64,000 bases of DNA from contig WRGC01000006.1 in NCBI GenBank assembly GCA_009787385.1, forward strand, positions 2,657 to 66,656. Reading direction: 5' to 3'. Under the pieces are notes generated by a model. That model saw only the letters and a program-made list of their open reading frames with translations, did not search any database and had not been told where the DNA came from. Positions 28,264 to 36,014 of this stretch are shown here, piece after piece (the stretch's first letter is position 1; each line of letters opens with the position of its first letter). This DNA is from Bacillota bacterium. GTDB lineage: Bacteria > Bacillota > Clostridia > Christensenellales > Pumilibacteraceae. The position numbers were made by a program, and so were the translations under genes.

Positions 28264-29020
28264 AGATAAACAAAGTTCCAACAACCCAAAAGTATGGTTG
28301 TCATCAAGAAAAGTTGATACTAGATTGCCAGTACACAAGGCGTTGATTGTATGCAATGCTAAGTGTACCGAGGTAAATTATTTTAAAGGTGCAGTCAAGT
28401 TTTTGAATGGTTTAAATAGTAGTCGTACAAGTATTAGACAAGATGTATTAAAGGTTAGGTATCACAAATCAGGTGTATCACCATTACAGTTGGTAGAAGA
28501 AATAAAAAGAAAAAATAAAACTAAAAAATCATCTATAAACATTGACGATTATGATACTGTTTGGATAGTTTTTGATAGAGATGACAATGATGATAATCAA
28601 TTTGAACAAGCTATATCAAAGGCTGAAAAATTAAGCAACCGTAACACCAAAGTTTTTGCGTTGTACAGTATACAAAGCTTTGAACTTTGGTTGTTGTTAC
28701 ACTTTGATTACTATAATGTTGCAACTAATAGAAATTATTATTTTGACAAACTAAAACAAAAGCTTGGACAAGCATACAATAAAACAGACAATAATATTTT
28801 TGATAACTTATTGCAATGTGCTTGTAATAGCAAACAACTTGAATATACTCAAGACAATATACGAGATATTATCAGTATGGCAATAGCTAATGCACAGAGA
28901 TTGCAACAACAATATAGCCCCAAAATACAACAACCTTTGTCTAGTTGTGACCCAATAACAACTGTGTTCAAATTTTTTGAGTATTATTTTGAAGAGTTGG
29001 AATTGATAGAGAGTGTGTAA
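28256..29020 (+). CDS. RloB-family (Toprim-like) protein, AbiLii-like
   Basis: ALIVCNAKCTEVNYFKG, VWIVFDRDDND and SIQSFELWLLLHF match the RloB blocks. ATG 28256 overlaps the ATPase stop (ATGTCTAA). The track ORF starts at 28208. Confidence 0.75.
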   Translation: MSKDKQSSNNPKVWLSSRKVDTRLPVHKALIVCNAKCTEVNYFKGAVKFLNGLNSSRTSIRQDVLKVRYHKSGVSPLQLVEEIKRKNKTKKSSINIDDYDTVWIVFDRDDNDDNQFEQAISKAEKLSNRNTKVFALYSIQSFELWLLLHFDYYNVATNRNYYFDKLKQKLGQAYNKTDNNIFDNLLQCACNSKQLEYTQDNIRDIISMAIANAQRLQQQYSPKIQQPLSSCDPITTVFKFFEYYFEELELIESV

Positions 29021-29197
29021 ATAGAGTACATTAATCTAGAAAGAATTAACACCCCAATTAAATAAAAACAACCATAAAGCATTCAGGGGGGGATTCCCCA
29101 AAGAGCTTTTTTGGTTCTTTTTTGGCGTCAAAAAAGAATAATGCCTGTTTTGTTGAAAGTTTGTATTTTATTGTAATAACTATTGTTTTACGCTCTT
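29009..29197 (-). repeat. Intergenic TIR/hairpin element, copy 5 (its terminus overlaps the RloB-like stop codon)
   Basis: GAGAGTGTGTAAATAGAGTACATTAATCTAG...CATAAAGCATTCAGGGGGGGATTCCCCAAAGAGCTTTTTTGGTTCTTTTTTGGCGTCAAAAAAGAATAA...GTTTTACGCTCT. Confidence 0.9.
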
Positions 29198-29222
29198 AAA
29201 TTGACATAATATTCCAAATCAA

Positions 29223-29252
29223 TTGACTTATATACTATACAGCTATTATAAT
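29223..29252 (+). promoter_or_regulatory. Sigma-A-type promoter abutting the nrdR start codon
   Basis: TTGACT(29223-29228)-N18-TATAAT(29247-29252). ATG follows 6 nt later at 29259, with no SD. Confidence 0.5.
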
Positions 29253-29258
29253 GTAGTT

Positions 29259-29702
29259 ATGAAATGTAGTTTTTGTGGACATTTGGAAAGTAAGGTTGTA
29301 GATACTCGTGACAATGGTGTGGATAGTATTAGGCGACGCAGAGAGTGTTTGTCATGTTGCAAGAGATTTACTACATATGAGTTTGTAGATAGAGAGCAGT
29401 TTGTAGTTGTCAAAAACAATGGTGAACGGCGTCCTTTTGATATATCCAAGGTTAGAGCGGGTATTGTCAAGGCTTGTCAAAAGAGAGAAATACCCGAAGT
29501 TAAGATTGATGAGCTAGTATACAACATAGAGCAACAAGTATTCAATTCTTTGGATTTGGAGATAAAATCTAGCAAGATAGGGGCAATAATCATGGAAGCA
29601 CTCAAGCAATTGGATAGTGTGGCTTATATTAGATTTGCTTCAGTTTATCAAAAGTTTTGTGATGTAGATAGTTTTGTTGAGTTTATTAAGAGCAGTTGTT
29701 AG
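29259..29702 (+). CDS. nrdR: Transcriptional repressor NrdR
   Basis: MKCSFCGHLESKVVDTRD....IRRRRECLSCCKRFTTYE (zinc ribbon) followed by an ATP-cone. The start is fixed by the conserved MxCxFC. Confidence 0.9.
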   Translation: MKCSFCGHLESKVVDTRDNGVDSIRRRRECLSCCKRFTTYEFVDREQFVVVKNNGERRPFDISKVRAGIVKACQKREIPEVKIDELVYNIEQQVFNSLDLEIKSSKIGAIIMEALKQLDSVAYIRFASVYQKFCDVDSFVEFIKSSC

Positions 29703-29749
29703 ATTGTGGGACAAATATTTTCTAGTTGTCAAAATTATTATATTTTTAT

Positions 29750-29943
29750 ATAGTGTACAACTAGAGTTATTAGCAACAGAATACAAACTTTCAACAAAAC
29801 AAACATTATTCTTTTTTGACGCCAAAAAAGAATCAAAAAAGCTATTGGGGGTGTGATTCCCCCAACCCCCCGAACGCTTTATGGTTGTTTTTATTTAAGT
29901 TGTTACTTCCTTTCCATATTAATATACTATATTCGTATACTAT
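29750..29943 (+). repeat. Intergenic TIR/hairpin element, copy 6
   Basis: TAGTGTACAACTAGAG...TTATTCTTTTTTGACGCCAAAAAAGAATCAAAAAAGCTATTGGGGGTGTGATTCCCCCAACCCCCCGAACGCTTTATGGTTG...ATTCGTATACT. Confidence 0.9.
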
Positions 29944-30006
29944 TTATTTTTATTATTGGATATTATTATATGTATAAAAATTTTTAGATGTGTCTACAAT
30001 TGTTGT

Positions 30007-30543
30007 ATGATAAAATCTAAGAAAATATTTTGTATTGTAGTAGTATGTATTGTTGTTGGACTATTGATTTCTCTCGTAATTCCAAAGAAGTCAACTATGT
30101 CTACTGAGTTGATAAGAATACATATAATTGCCAACAGTGACAGTGAAGAAGATCAAAGAGTCAAATTGCTTGTAAGAGATGAAATCACTAGTAGACTTAC
30201 TGATAATTTGAAAAATGTCAATGATAGACAGCAAGCCTATACGGCATTGCAAGAATTGCAAGATGATATACTCACTTGGAGCGACGATGTATTGAACAAC
30301 CAAGGCAAAGAGTACAAGTCAAGTGTATCTTTAGACAACGAATTTTTTCCTACTAGAATTTATGAAGGGATTGTGGTAGATAGTGGATACTATGATGCAT
30401 TGTTGATTACTTTGGGTAATGGAGATGGAAAAAATTGGTGGTGCGTAGTGTATCCCCCTTTATGTTTTCTCACAGATTTGCCTAGTGATTATTGGGAATA
30501 TCGTTCTTTTTTGTTGGAATGGTGGAACAATTTTTGGAATTAG
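30007..30543 (+). CDS. spoIIR: Stage II sporulation protein R
   Basis: TM/signal segment, then LIRIHIIANSDSEEDQRVKLLVRDEI and NWWCVVYPPLCF, both typical SpoIIR blocks. Confidence 0.85.
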   Translation: MIKSKKIFCIVVVCIVVGLLISLVIPKKSTMSTELIRIHIIANSDSEEDQRVKLLVRDEITSRLTDNLKNVNDRQQAYTALQELQDDILTWSDDVLNNQGKEYKSSVSLDNEFFPTRIYEGIVVDSGYYDALLITLGNGDGKNWWCVVYPPLCFLTDLPSDYWEYRSFLLEWWNNFWN

Positions 30544-30582
30544 CAACTGTGGGTTGTAGTCACTTTGTGAAAATTTTATTAG

Positions 30583-30770
30583 GGGTGTATAAATAGAGTG
30601 TATTAAGATTGAAAGAAAGAAGAACTTAGAATAAAAGCAAGCATAAAGTCTTTGGGTGTTTTAATTCGCACCACCAATAGCCTTTTGGGTTCTTTTTAGA
30701 GTCAAAAAAGAATAATCTTGGTTTGGTTGATGGTTTGTATCTTTGTTAACAATCTCTCCTTGTATATTGT
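30583..30770 (-). repeat. Intergenic TIR/hairpin element, copy 7 (degenerate)
   Basis: GGGTGTATAAATAGAGTGTATTAAGATTG...GCATAAAGTCTTTGGGTG...CCTTTTGGGTTCTTTTTAGAGTCAAAAAAGAATAA...CCTTGTATATTG. Confidence 0.7.
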
Positions 30771-30955
30771 CATCTTATTATAGAACTTTATTATAGCAAA
30801 AGTTGGATAATAAAAATACTGTTTGAGTACTATTGCACTAATTTGAAAGTTGGTGCAATAGTATTTTTGTTATTATATTTTTAGTTATATGTCTAATAAA
30901 TGTATAAAATAATAACATTTGTAAAATTTTACAAATGTAGTTTGTTTTTAGCAAC

Positions 30956-30984
30956 TTTACATTTGTGTAAATTAATGCTATAAT
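30956..30984 (+). promoter_or_regulatory. Sigma-A-type promoter abutting the start codon of the 30992 surface-protein gene
   Basis: TTTACA-N17 (ending in TGC)-TATAAT(30979-30984). ATG follows 7 nt later at 30992, with no SD. Confidence 0.45.
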
Positions 30985-30991
30985 AGTACAC

Positions 30992-31849
30992 ATGTATAGA
31001 AAGATAAGTACATTATATTTGAGCTTGATAGTATTTGTATTGCTACTGGCAATGAGTTGGATGAGTGTGCAGTTGGATATTACCAACACTCACAATTTTG
31101 CAACTCAACATCAATTGAGTATAGTGGACTACGGCAATACTGTACAAGGTATAGAGTTGGCAACGCATACACAAACAAGTTCTTATAGTGATTCGGATGT
31201 ATCTCAAACTACACAGAGAGTATTTTTGGATAAAGTGGGTGGTACGGGTGGATCAGATTATGTAGATATGATTTGGGGAGAAAGAGTACCAACTGGGATT
31301 GGAATAAAAGCACCTACTAGGTCAGGGTTTTATTTTAAGGGTTATTGGACGGGATTTTTGACACCTGAATGGAATTATTGGGAGAGTGGAGATGGTAGAA
31401 TGGGATTGGAAATATACAACCAAAATATGGGTGTGGGTTATTTTAATCTTTCACCTAGCATGGATGAGTTTGAAGGAGTGTGGTTGTTTGATCCTGTTGT
31501 TGATAAAGATGGAAATGAGGTGCAAACTGTACTTTATGCTATGTGGGCAAGTATAGATGGTTCTGCTCCAAAAGTAGAAAAACCTTCATTTTATTCAAGT
31601 TTTTTTAGTTCGCCTGCATTTATGTATATTTCATTTGCTTTGGCAATTGGTTTTGTAGGAGTATGTGTCACATCAATCACAATTATGCTAAAACGCCGAA
31701 AAAATGCTAGTATAGTTGATTATAGTAATGGAGATTATTATTCTAACTATGATTATTACGGCAACAATCATAGCAATTATAATAATTATAACAACTATAA
31801 TAGTTTTAATAATAATAAAAACAGCAAAAATAGCAACGATTGGTGGTAA
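30992..31849 (+). CDS. Membrane-anchored surface protein with one Flg_new-like unit and a C-terminal TM helix plus N/Y-rich tail
   Basis: N-terminal signal-anchor LYLSLIVFVLLLAMSW, ...APTRSGFYFKGYW...LYAMW, TM FMYISFALAIGFVGVCVTSITIML, then KRRKN and DYYSNYDYYGNNHSNYNNYNNYNSFNNNKN. Confidence 0.65.
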   Translation: MYRKISTLYLSLIVFVLLLAMSWMSVQLDITNTHNFATQHQLSIVDYGNTVQGIELATHTQTSSYSDSDVSQTTQRVFLDKVGGTGGSDYVDMIWGERVPTGIGIKAPTRSGFYFKGYWTGFLTPEWNYWESGDGRMGLEIYNQNMGVGYFNLSPSMDEFEGVWLFDPVVDKDGNEVQTVLYAMWASIDGSAPKVEKPSFYSSFFSSPAFMYISFALAIGFVGVCVTSITIMLKRRKNASIVDYSNGDYYSNYDYYGNNHSNYNNYNNYNSFNNNKNSKNSNDWW

Positions 31850-31931
31850 TATTTGTAGTGTATTATCAAATTTAAGCCTTAAAAATGTATTGAAAAGTCT
31901 TGCAACAAGTATAATTTTTGTAATCAACTAT

Positions 31932-32116
31932 AGAGTTTACAACTAGAGTTATTGGCAACAGAATACAAACAATCAACAAATATTCTTTTTTGACGCCAAA
32001 AAAGAATCAAAAAAGCTATTGGGGGAGGCGATCCCCTCAAACCCCCGAACGCTTTTAGGTTGATTTTATTTGATTGTTTTTTTCTTTCTATTTTAATGTA
32101 CTCTATTTTTACATTA
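31932..32116 (+). repeat. Intergenic TIR/hairpin element, copy 8
   Basis: AGAGTTTACAACTAGAG...ATATTCTTTTTTGACGCCAAAAAAGAATCAAAAAAGCTATTGGGGGAGGCGATCCCCTCAAACCCCCGAACGCTTTTAGGTTG...AATGTACTCTATTTTTACAT. Confidence 0.9.
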
Positions 32117-32166
32117 CTTTTATATTTAATACTAAAGCATAACGGCTACAACATATAATAAATACG

Positions 32167-33009
32167 ATGAATTATTCTATCAAAAAATCATTTATTATTG
32201 CTCTGTCTCTTGCCTTGTTGTGGGTGGGAGTTTTGGGTATGCTATTTGGATTTGGTATTGGTAGCAATAGAAATGGTGTGAATGATGGTGAATTGGATAA
32301 ACCGCAAAACATTATAAATTTTTATAGAGAAGAAATTAATCTGTTTGTATTAACCCTAGACCCCAATGGTGGCTCTGGATACAGTGATACTATGTCAGTA
32401 GAGTACGGAAGCCCAATGCCAACACCTAGCGATGGGGATTATCAATTGATGATACCGTCTAAAGAAGGTTGTATCTTTGATGGTTATTGGGATACCGCTA
32501 ATCAAGGTGGAAAGCAGTATTATGGTGATGTAATGCAGAGCGTGAATGATTGGGACAAGATGGAAGATGCTACATTATACGCAAGATGGATAAGCAAATA
32601 TACTGTTACACTGGATTCTATGGGTGGTGTAAGAGGGACTAAAAGTACTATAGGCATATATGGATATGCATTGGATACCAATCTAAATCCACCTATAAGA
32701 GCAACTTATAGATTTGTGGGATATTTTAACAAGGTAGACGGCGACGATGCAATTCAATATTATGATCAAAACATGAATTCGCTTAGAGCTTGGGATATTC
32801 AGGGCGATGCTACGCTTTACGCTAGATGGACATCGGCAAGCTTTGAAGAGGGTTTTGGGTGGTTTGATTACAATGACAATGCAGGGTTGATACTTAGTTT
32901 GATAGGCGGTGGAAGTGCATTGGGTATAGTTGGGTGTTTGACTTTTCTATATATTTTAAAGAAAAAGCGAAAGCGTAACAACACACATAATGGCCAAATT
33001 GTACTATAA
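32167..33009 (+). CDS. Surface protein with two Listeria-Bacteroides repeats and a C-terminal TM anchor
   Basis: Signal-anchor, then LTLDPNGGSGYSDTMSVEYGSPMPTP...FDGYWDT..QGGKQYY...WDK.EDATLYARW, a second unit ending TLYARW, then TM + KKKRKRNN. Confidence 0.75.
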   Translation: MNYSIKKSFIIALSLALLWVGVLGMLFGFGIGSNRNGVNDGELDKPQNIINFYREEINLFVLTLDPNGGSGYSDTMSVEYGSPMPTPSDGDYQLMIPSKEGCIFDGYWDTANQGGKQYYGDVMQSVNDWDKMEDATLYARWISKYTVTLDSMGGVRGTKSTIGIYGYALDTNLNPPIRATYRFVGYFNKVDGDDAIQYYDQNMNSLRAWDIQGDATLYARWTSASFEEGFGWFDYNDNAGLILSLIGGGSALGIVGCLTFLYILKKKRKRNNTHNGQIVL

Positions 33010-33025
33010 GTTGTTTAGGTTGTTT

Positions 33026-33239
33026 AGAATGTAATATTATGAAAGCATAACTAGGTTTTATTAACAATAAGATACAAACAATCAACAAAAGTAGTGTTAT
33101 TCTTTTTTGACTCCAAAAAAGAACCAAAAAGCTATTGGGGGCGAATCCCCCAAATCCTAGAACGCTTTAAGGTTGATTTTTTATTTATGTGTTACTTGTT
33201 TAATCTGTCCATCTTAAATGTACTCTATTTGTATACTCT
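33026..33239 (+). repeat. Intergenic TIR/hairpin element, copy 9 (left end degenerate or extended)
   Basis: ...TTATTAACAATAAGATACAAACAATCAACAAAAGTAGTGTTATTCTTTTTTGACTCCAAAAAAGAACCAAAAAGCTATTGGGGGCGAATCCCCCAAATCCTAGAACGCTTTAAGGTTG...AAATGTACTCTATTTGTATACTCT. Confidence 0.85.
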
Positions 33240-33371
33240 AATATTATAAAAAATATATGCAAAGTATTGCAAAACATCATTCATTTTTGGGTGATGTTTT
33301 TGTCTTATAATTTCGTTATAAAAATATATTGCAAGTTACATACTATTTTGTATACAATTGCAAGGTGAAGT

Positions 33372-35585
33372 ATGAAAAATAGTATTCAAAAAAACAATAT
33401 CAACCACAACTCACGATTGGCAAGAATTGTGTTGCTTGCTATGCTGTGTGTGTCGTTGGTGTTGAGTATAATGTCATTTGTATCTTTAGCCAATAGTACA
33501 TCTGCAAATATCTCAAATGACATTGTTGATACAAAAGGCACGGGCAATAGGGCAACTCTAGAATACTTAGAACAAGAGCGTGCTAGGTTGAGAAACAATG
33601 TTAAGGTATTTGCTTATATGCCCTCTTGGGGTGTGTATGGTGGACATGAGCATTTTGATGTAGATAAAGATATTGATTATAGTAGGGTAACACATGTTTC
33701 TTATTCTTTTGTAAAACCAATAGACCTTGACAAGAAATTGCCTGACAATCAAATTAAGCATGACAATCAACATGTAGATGACATTACTGTCAATACTACC
33801 AATTTTGGTGTTAGGTTTGATGACCCCGATGCTGCACTCAACCTAAGTCAGCCTGGACCTTGGAATACTCAGGGCGATATCCTAAACAGAATAAGAAACA
33901 ATTTGTCACGCTATCCTGATAGATATTTTGTATATAGCGTTGGTGGATGGACTTATAGTGAAAATGATGAGTTTGAAAAAGCTACTAGTACGCCAGCTAG
34001 AATGGAACAATTTTCTCAAAGTTTGGTTGACTTTATGCAACAGTACAACTTTGATGGTATAGATATAGATTGGGAATATCCTGAGAATGATACAACAGCA
34101 CAACAGTATCTAGATTTGCACAGAATTGTGAGAGAAAAATTGACAGAGTTGGGTTTGCGTACGGGTAGGTACTATCAACTTAGTTGCGCTACTACACCTA
34201 GAATATCCAAGATACAGTATATAAAACCTAAGGAAATAATTAAGTATGTAGATACAGTCAACTATATGGCATATGACTATAGCGGGGGTAGTTTTGGACT
34301 AGATACAATGGCAGGACACAACGCTCCATTGTACAAGCCATCTATCATGTCACAAAAAGACGAAGCAGATGGCTTGTGGATTGATGCTACTATAAAAGCT
34401 TATTTAGCACAAGGTGTGCCACCTGAGCAATTGTTGATGGGTATACCATATTATAGTCGCAGTTGGATAGGAATACCTGATACCGAACTTGTGGCAGGTT
34501 TGCCTGGTATGGGAGGGCTTGCTACTCAGTTGCCAGCAGAGGGAGGGGAGAGAGATGATGACGGGAAATTTATACAAAATAGTACGGGTGGAATGTGGGG
34601 AAATGGTTCTAATCCATATTATCGTATGGAAGACCTACTTGCAGGTACGCCCACAAGTAGTACATGGCAAGATACAAATGTAGTAACATGGATGGCAAAA
34701 GACTACAAGAGATATTGGGATAATAGTGCAAAAGTACCGTACTTATATAGCAAAACTGACAAGATTTATCATAGTTATGATGATGCTGAGAGTGTTGGTA
34801 TCAAGGTTGATTATATAATGGATAATAAGTTGGGGGGAGCTGTAGTATGGGATTTGTCAGGTGATACACGAAATGGCAACAGTACAAGTCCTGCTTTTGA
34901 AATAGGAAAAGTAGTAGGGCGTTTGGTAGGAAAAACTCTAGGCAATGGCAACGGTGGTGGTGATAATGGTAGTGGTGGAGGAAATAATGGAGGTGGAAAT
35001 GGCGGCGGTGGTGACAATGGCAATGGTGGTGGCAATAACAACAATGATGTATATATATCTACAAACTCACTTATAGATGGGCAAGTTGGCTCAGCATATT
35101 TTTCTAGTGTAAGTGCAAGTGGTGTAGGTCCATTTACATTTACATTGGGTACAGGTAGTCCAAATTGGCTAAATATATCTAATGATGGTTTTTTGTATGG
35201 TACACCCAATCAAGCGGGTTCTGGGATAAGGGTTGTAGTGCAAGTTGTTGGGGCTAATGGAGCTTTTGGTCAAAAAGAGTTTGCAATCAATATCAAAGAT
35301 AGGGACGGAATTATGCCACCCGCACAAAGTAGCGGTAGTGGTGGAAGTGCGGGCTGGATAATTGCAAGTGCAACTACAGTAGCATTGTGTGCTGGTGGGG
35401 CGGGAGTGTATGTGTGGAGTAAGAGAAGGGCTAGTGCTAGCATTGGGAGTAGAGTGGTAAGACCATCAACAAGTAGTAGAAGTAGTACAATGAGTAGTAG
35501 GACTAGGACACCATCTAATAGCACAAAAAGGACACCTACAAGTAGTACAAAAAAGCCCCCAAGTTCTAGAAATAAAGGGCGTTAG
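33372..35585 (+). CDS. GH18 chitinase-family protein with a G/N-rich linker, Ig-like (He_PIG-type) domain, C-terminal TM anchor and S/T/R-rich tail
   Basis: Catalytic block FDGIDIDWEYPEN (DxxDxDxE), MAYDY, GGAVVWDLSGD. Linker GNGNGGGDNGSGGGNNGGGNGGGGDNGNGGGNNNN. LIDGQVGSAYF...FTLGTGSPNWLNISNDGFLYGTP. TM WIIASATTVALCAGGAGVYVW followed by KRRAS. Confidence 0.85.
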   Translation: MKNSIQKNNINHNSRLARIVLLAMLCVSLVLSIMSFVSLANSTSANISNDIVDTKGTGNRATLEYLEQERARLRNNVKVFAYMPSWGVYGGHEHFDVDKDIDYSRVTHVSYSFVKPIDLDKKLPDNQIKHDNQHVDDITVNTTNFGVRFDDPDAALNLSQPGPWNTQGDILNRIRNNLSRYPDRYFVYSVGGWTYSENDEFEKATSTPARMEQFSQSLVDFMQQYNFDGIDIDWEYPENDTTAQQYLDLHRIVREKLTELGLRTGRYYQLSCATTPRISKIQYIKPKEIIKYVDTVNYMAYDYSGGSFGLDTMAGHNAPLYKPSIMSQKDEADGLWIDATIKAYLAQGVPPEQLLMGIPYYSRSWIGIPDTELVAGLPGMGGLATQLPAEGGERDDDGKFIQNSTGGMWGNGSNPYYRMEDLLAGTPTSSTWQDTNVVTWMAKDYKRYWDNSAKVPYLYSKTDKIYHSYDDAESVGIKVDYIMDNKLGGAVVWDLSGDTRNGNSTSPAFEIGKVVGRLVGKTLGNGNGGGDNGSGGGNNGGGNGGGGDNGNGGGNNNNDVYISTNSLIDGQVGSAYFSSVSASGVGPFTFTLGTGSPNWLNISNDGFLYGTPNQAGSGIRVVVQVVGANGAFGQKEFAINIKDRDGIMPPAQSSGSGGSAGWIIASATTVALCAGGAGVYVWSKRRASASIGSRVVRPSTSSRSSTMSSRTRTPSNSTKRTPTSSTKKPPSSRNKGR

Positions 35586-35688
35586 CTGTGTACAATTAAT
35601 CTAAAACATAAATTGCAACCTCAACACATATATATGAGATTGCAATTTGATTTTTACTGCTATAAATAATAAAGTATTGTTGTGTTAG

Positions 35689-35899
35689 GAGTTTAGAGTG
35701 AGCTATTATTAACAATAAGATACAAACAATCAACAAAACAGGCGTTATTCTTTTTTGACGCCAAAAAAAGAATCAAAAAAGCATTTGGGGGGTTGCGAAT
35801 CCCCCCAAACCCCCAAACCCCCGAACGCTTTAAGGTTGATTTTGATTAACTGTACTATACTATACTTCTTTCTATCTTAATATACTATTTGTACACTCT
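35689..35899 (+). repeat. Intergenic TIR/hairpin element, copy 10 (AAACCCCC motif duplicated)
   Basis: GAGTTTAGAGTGAGC...TTATTCTTTTTTGACGCCAAAAAAAGAATCAAAAAAGCATTTGGGGGGTTGCGAATCCCCCCAAACCCCCAAACCCCCGAACGCTTTAAGGTTG...ATATACTATTTGTACACTCT. Confidence 0.9.
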
Positions 35900-36014
35900 T
35901 GAATAGAGTATTATTTATCATAGAACAATGTACATTTTGTAAATATTGACAAATCAAACATATATCAATATTGTTTACAATTTAGTTGTTTTTGTGTTAA
36001 TATTATAGTATATT

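Noticed and set aside
31688-31946. ORFs 31688-31927(-) and 31716-31946(+), rich in I/V/T.
   Set aside because: These are alternative-frame readings of the AAT/TAT-rich segment that encodes the N/Y-rich tail of the 30992 protein and the following spacer. There is no independent support.
34941-35046. The GGT/GGC/AAT-rich low-complexity DNA in the GH18 gene, considered as a possible phase-variation tract.
   Set aside because: The repeats are imperfect and triplet-based. Slippage would change linker length but not the reading frame, so it is not comparable to the (TATC)9 tract.
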